Origin: the human T2T-CHM13v2.0 reference genome, Homo sapiens
DNA: 64,000 nt
Direction: 5' to 3' (one strand)
Assembly (NCBI RefSeq): GCF_009914755.1
Contig: NC_060932.1
Shown here: positions 57,542 through 64,000 of the stretch, piece by piece
Layout of the letters: each line of letters begins with the position of its first letter
Numbering within the stretch: the stretch's first letter is position 1
Translations under genes and position numbers: made by a program
Notes under the pieces: generated by a model
Told to the model about the DNA's origin: nothing
Database searches by the model: none
The model's input: only the letters and a program-made list of their open reading frames with translations

Positions 57542-58474
57542 TTACTTTCTGCTGTTTCCAGCCTACTCCAATGCAGTATGAAATTCTGGGACCTCCAAGG
57601 GAGCAAATTACACATATACACAGGACCACAGTAGCCCTGATTCACCCAAGAATCTCCACTGCCACAAAATGAGGATACAACAAGGGGAGGACAAGTCAAT
57701 AAACATTTCTCTAGCACTGGGTTAGGAGTCTTCTGTGTGTTATTGAACTGTGAGAAGGCGTGTAAGAAAGAACATGCCTTTCTTGTGAAATGGATTTTAC
57801 GATCTCCACTATAGAGCTGAAGACCTCCAGGCTCACACCTGTGACAAATTGGCCAGACTTTTCTGGCACCAAGGACTGCCCTCTTTCATCAAGCTACCCA
57901 GCAGACAATCAAAGGTGTCAGCTTTCTTCACCAAGGTTTGATAATGTTCTAGGGCCCTGGGGAGAGCAAGAGGAGCCTCCGGTAAAATTGTGAAATGAGT
58001 GAGGTTTGGATTGGACTCCTTATAGCAATCTTCTTCCTACTCGGACATCCGGCAAGTCCCTTTGCTGACCTCCTTTCACCCCCAGGGCTACTGGCAGAGA
58101 ATCCCTGAAAACCAAAAGGGTTGAAGATGTTATCTTTTCTAGAGGACACTCAGAGAACAAAAAGGCTTAGAGCTTAAATTGTGGCATTTCAGGCTCTAAG
58201 AGGGGCAGTGTCTACAAACACCTTAAGTTGCGTTCCCAGCACTTCCCCAGAAGGCAAAAAGAAACTACCTGGAGCACGTTGGATATGGGGCTCTAGTTCT
58301 GAGACTGAAAAATCCCAGTTCTCTGCTGAAGTTTGAGGCATTTAGAACAGCTCCCCTCCCGACCCAAAGGATGATTTACTGCATGGAAGGAGGCTCTTCA
58401 GTATCATGTGCACAGTGCCACAGCATTGTATCTGCCGTCACACCCCGTATGTTCAGTGCGGCCATGAGAAATCA

Positions 58475-59058
<584 letters not shown>

Positions 59059-59199
59059 AGAGTGAAGAAATATAATTTCAACATTTTAAAAAGGAAGGAA
59101 ACTCATTGTTTGTAAGGGATCTGATCACATCATTGAAATGTGCAAGAAAATAAAATTATTGGAAATACTGAATTCCGTAAGGTTGACAGATTTTTTTAA

Positions 59200-59500
59200 A
59201 TGCAAAATTAATGTCTTTAGACACAAATGATCACCACTGAAACATCCAGAAATTCCACTTTTAGAAATCATCTGAGAAAATAATAAGTGCACAAAGATAC
59301 AGTCGTAAAATCAACTTCAGCGTTCATCATCGGACAGTTGTTTCAATGAACTGTGGTTCATCTAGACAATGGAATGCATAGCCCTTAAAAATATTACTGT
59401 GGATCTACATTTACTGAAATGGAAAGATTCCCATACTATGGGATGGTATGATAAGCATGATATAAAGTTCTGAAATTATAGTGATATTAAACTTTTTTAA
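59200..59500 (+). mobile_element. Old L1ME fragment
   Basis: aattccacttttagaaatc...aatgaactgtggttcatctagacaatggaat. Confidence 0.5.
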
Positions 59501-59968
59501 TACATTAGGATTTAAACTTTTATGTACCAATATCAGAACAAAAGGCCATAAAAAGATTAAAATATAATGACAAGCCGAGAATAGATTGCATTTCTATTAT
59601 GATCACTGGTGTATTTTCTTCACAACACTTACATCCACTTGAATTATATATATTTTTTGTTTTTTATTATCTTTCATTCTCACTAACCTAAAGTGAGGGA
59701 ATGTAAGTTTACTGTTGCACACCAGAACCTTGAACATCATGAGTATTTGTTGCATAAATTATGAATAAATTCCACTTCTGCACATTATGTATCTCAATTT
59801 CTCTATATATACATGATATAGAGGGATGTCTGAAAAGATAATTCACCCAAAGGCTGGCATTGGTTGGCTCTATGTGTTGGAATTCTCTGTCTCCCTCACC
59901 CCTCAATCCTGGCTCTGTCTACATACCCATAAATACAAAAATAATACAGGAATGTATTCTCCTCATTC

Positions 59969-60260
59969 TTTTTTTTTTTTTTTTTTTTGAGATGACCTCG
60001 CTCTCTTGCCTAAGCTGGAGTACAGTGGCACAATCTTGGCACTCTACCTCCTGGGTTCAAGCAATTCTGGTGCCTCAGCCTCCTGAATAGCTGGAACTAC
60101 AGGTGTGAGCCACCGCACTTGGCTAATTTTTGTACTTTTTGGTATAAATGGGGTTTCGCCATGTTGGCCAGGCTGATCTCGAACTCCTGGCCTCAAGTGA
60201 TTCATCTGCCTTGGCCTCCCAAAGATCTGAGGTTACAGGTGTGAGCCACCTCACTCAGCC
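59969..60260 (-). mobile_element. Alu (AluJ/S-like)
   Basis: T-tail followed by an antisense dimer. Confidence 0.93.
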
Positions 60261-60339
60261 TGAATAGATTCTCAATCTTTTAACTCCCAGCAATATGGAA
60301 TAAACTGCATAGATGAAAACACAGAAGTTCTTTTTATTT

Positions 60340-61760
60340 CTCTCTTCTGCCCACCCCACCAAATCCTATCTTCCTCCCCAGAGATAACTATCATTTTCAG
60401 TTTTGTTTGTGTCCTTCCAGACTTTAAAGACACATCTAGACTGACAGTTTTAGTTGTATGTATTCTTTAAATTAAGTGAGACTAGTCCATGTATATTATT
60501 CTGCAATTTGCTTTTTTCATTTGGCAATATTGAAATTCTTTCTGTGCCAGTACATATAACTTTCCTGTCCTTTTTTTTTTTTTTTTTTTTTTTGAGACAG
60601 AGTCTCGCCCTGTCACCCAGCCTGGAATGCAATGGCACGATCTCAGCTCACAGCAACCTCCGCTTCCCTGGTTCAAACGATTCCACTGCCTCAGCCTCCC
60701 AAGTAGCTGGGATTTACAGGCGCCTGCCACCATGCCCAGCTAATTTTTGTATTTTTAGTAGAGATGGGGTTTCCCATGTTGGCCAGGCTGGTCTCGACCT
60801 CCTGACCTTGTGATCCACCCATCTTGGTCTCCCAAACTGCTGGGATTACAGGCGTGAGCCACCGCGCCTGGCCTCCTGTCCTTTTTAGCTGCTGCATGGT
60901 CACCATTAATATGCATGTATTACCAAATATAGATGCATTCTGGTTTGTTTTATGTGCATTTAGTCAGCATCCAGTCTTTTGCAATCGCAAGCCATGGTGC
61001 ACCAGTGAACACCTTGTTTGGTTCCCTTTGTAAACGTTGTGTGTATTCTCTGAATACATGTTTTGAAGTGGAATCGCCAGGTAAAATAATGCATTCATTT
61101 TAAGTATTGATAGTTTCTGCCGAACTGTCTTTCACAAACGTGACACTAACTTACCTCTCCCCTCATCTTAGGTGAGAAAGCCATTTCTCTACCCTCTTGT
61201 CAACATAGAATCATATCACAAATCTTCTAATGTTTTGCTGGCTTGACAGGGAAGGACTATATCTTTATGTTTTTTGTTATAATTTTTTTAAATTAAAAAA
61301 AATTTTTATACCAACGAGGCTGGTCTCAAACTCCTGAGCTCAAGGAGTTTCTCTTTATGTTGTTTTAGTCTGCATTTCTCCGATCACTAACAAAGTTGAT
61401 CACTTTTACCTACGCTTTTAAGACATTTCTTCTGGAAAATTCATGTTCATAAGCTTCGTCCATTTTCTTCTTTGGTTGTTTATCTTTTGATTAATGGTTT
61501 ACAAGATTTTTAACAACAAATACTTCGATTATTGATATTATCTTACATATTTAAAACCTCCTCTTTCTCAAGATCCGGAAAATATGTATCTATGTGTTCT
61601 TCTAATGGTTGTTAGTTTTGCTTTTCATATTTAGCACTATAATACATCTATTATTTCTTTGTGTTTATGTTGTGAAATAAAAATTTAACTGAAAAACATT
61701 CCCAAGTCAATAACCAATTGCTCTAACACCATTAAGTGAAAATATTTTCTCTTTTCTCAT
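60340..61760 (-). mobile_element. Old L1ME/L1MC fragments
   Basis: ccccagagataactatcattttcagttttg, ttattctgcaatttgcttttttcatt, gaagtggaatcgccaggt, tgttcataagcttcgtccattttc. Confidence 0.6.
60571..60873 (-). mobile_element. Alu (AluSg/Sc-like)
   Basis: TSD tcctgtcctttt on both sides. Confidence 0.95.
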
Positions 61761-61861
61761 TTGGACTATCACCTTTGTCAAGTATGAATTGATGGCATGA
61801 TTTTTACTTGAATTTATTATACATGTTTTTATTTTTGAATGCACTGTTATAAGCTACAGCA

Positions 61862-61907
61862 GGCTGGACGCAGTGGCTCATGCCTGTAATCCCAGCACTT
61901 TGGGAGG
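61862..61907 (+). mobile_element. Isolated 46-bp Alu 5' end
   Basis: ggctggacgcagtggctcatgcctgtaatcccagcactttgggagg, then an abrupt end. Confidence 0.9.
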
Positions 61908-62319
61908 AAAAGCAGTTATTTTCCATTTGAATACATATTATAATAATCAACATCATGAAAAATTAATGATAAATTAACTGAAAATTTCAAGTGATAATAT
62001 TTTATGCATAATTTAATCTAAATTATGTAAATACATCTATGTGAATAGATGCAGAAAATAATGAGTAAGATGCTAACAACTACATCTTGGTGGCTTTCTC
62101 TTACTGGTATTTCCCATGCACTCTCCAATTTCACTTCTACTTTTAGGGCTTAGCTCTGCTTCTTTTCTACTTTGCAAGGGTTGAGTCTCTGATTTTCAAG
62201 GTTTTGGCTCTTGTTGAATGACACGAGAAGTGATTATAATGTTGTATGCCCTGAATGCATGGTGCTGTGAGGATGTGGTGACTTTATCGAGTCAGAGAAG
62301 AAAGGCAAGGGAGTGAAGA

Positions 62320-62525
62320 GTTTGAACATCTGTTACGTATCAGATTGCCTCATTTGATTTTTTCAAATCACCTCTTAAATAAAATGTTCTAATCCCCACT
62401 TTCCATGTGAGCAAATTGAGATTCACCCAAGCGAAGTCAATCAGTCACCTCCTGTAGGCTGCACAGCAAGTATGTGGCAGAGCTGGGATTTGCACCAAGG
62501 TCAATTTGGAGCCAAAGCTCACAGG
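62320..62525 (-). mobile_element. MIR
   Basis: atccccactttccatgtgagcaaattgag...gtggcagagctgggatttg. Confidence 0.7.
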
Positions 62526-62705
62526 CTTCTCCTCACATCAGGCAGGCTCTAGGGACGTGGATGGCAAACCTGAGGGCCTGACATCTGGACCACATTCAGT
62601 CAAATGTGATCTACTGGCATCATCCTCATGCACCTTCCGTGTCTTCTGCAAGAATCTGAAGCCATGAGCCAGAGGCTGGTGCATGCGTCAAAGGAAGCTA
62701 CAGCA

Positions 62706-63128
<423 letters not shown>

Positions 63129-64000
63129 TTATTCAGTCTTCCTGGTTTTTAATTGTGATCCCAATTCAGGAGATAGAAATGAAGCAACCCAGCATTCAGT
63201 TAAAGGTAATAATATGCATTTTCCTTTAACTGTTTCTTCAATCTCAGTACTCAATGCTAATACTCAGTAAGTAATCTCATTGCTCATGAAGAGTGCAACC
63301 ATTGTGATTCAGTTGATTTTAAAGCCTCATGAGATGACCTTGTAACACTGGAAGAGACCTTACTTTTGAAATAGGGTTGACTTTTTCTTAAGAAAGAGAA
63401 CACGACCCCTGGTTGCCTAGTATTGCCTTCTCCTCTGCTGTAGGATATATAAAAATAAATGTGGTCTGTTTACCCCTCCCCATAGATCAGGAAATACCAA
63501 ACTCTAAGGTTCTGGGGCAATGGTTAGCCCTGCCTTTGGCTCCATGCCATGTCAGGATATGATTTGAATGGCTCTAATATAGTTTGCTCCTATCAAAGTC
63601 ATGCCTTCTTTTTGAGTCAATTACTCAGCTAAAGATTGGGATAGAGAGAATTAATGGAAATTGTGGAAATTGAAGTTCAAAAGGCTAGATTCTCATCCAT
63701 TGTTTGGCCCTCATGCTTGACCTTTTATTCAGATTCTTTATTTTGACAAGTTATTCTTTCTGAACTTGAACTTGTGCTAAGGCTTTAGGACTATTGTTGG
63801 CTTACTAGGAAACAATAATTCCAAGCATGCTAGACTCCCTGCCTTCCTTCACACTGTTTACTTTGCCCGGAATGTACTTCCTTCCATGTCTGCATATCCA
63901 AATGCCACCCACCCTCTTCGAGGTTCTGTGTAAATATTCCTACCTTCCTGAAAGCTTCCCTGGGTCCCTCCAGCTGCCAGTTGCAAGACAGTGGGTAGTA

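Overview
Primate (very likely human or great ape) euchromatic DNA dominated by interspersed repeats. I count 21 full-length Alu dimers plus monomers and fragments, many MIR, L2 and old L1M relics, several MaLR/ERVL LTRs (THE1/MST, MLT1, MLT2, LTR33-like), an ERVL/MaLR internal remnant with integrase similarity, small hAT DNA transposons (MER5A, MER81, MER96B-like) and microsatellites. I recognise no host protein-coding gene, RNA gene or CpG island, and almost all ORFs in the track are Alu-derived or chance ORFs. The only clear protein homology is retroelement-derived: L1 ORF2, a degraded L2 endonuclease and a degraded ERVL integrase. The best-supported notable structure is a 2.2-kb young L1PA2/3 insertion with a twin-priming 5' inversion, a 12-bp TSD, a 21-bp duplication at the breakpoint and two still-open ORF2 halves on opposite strands. 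Other items worth a look are a strictly phased, highly diverged 14-bp repeat array inside a putative ancient LTR, an AT-rich GTCTAAT VNTR ending in a 20-bp palindrome in place of an Alu tail, an AluY nested in an older Alu, and several candidate spliced non-coding exons. I found no convincing previously undescribed biological system. Subfamily calls are from memory of consensus sequences, and boundaries of old repeats are approximate.
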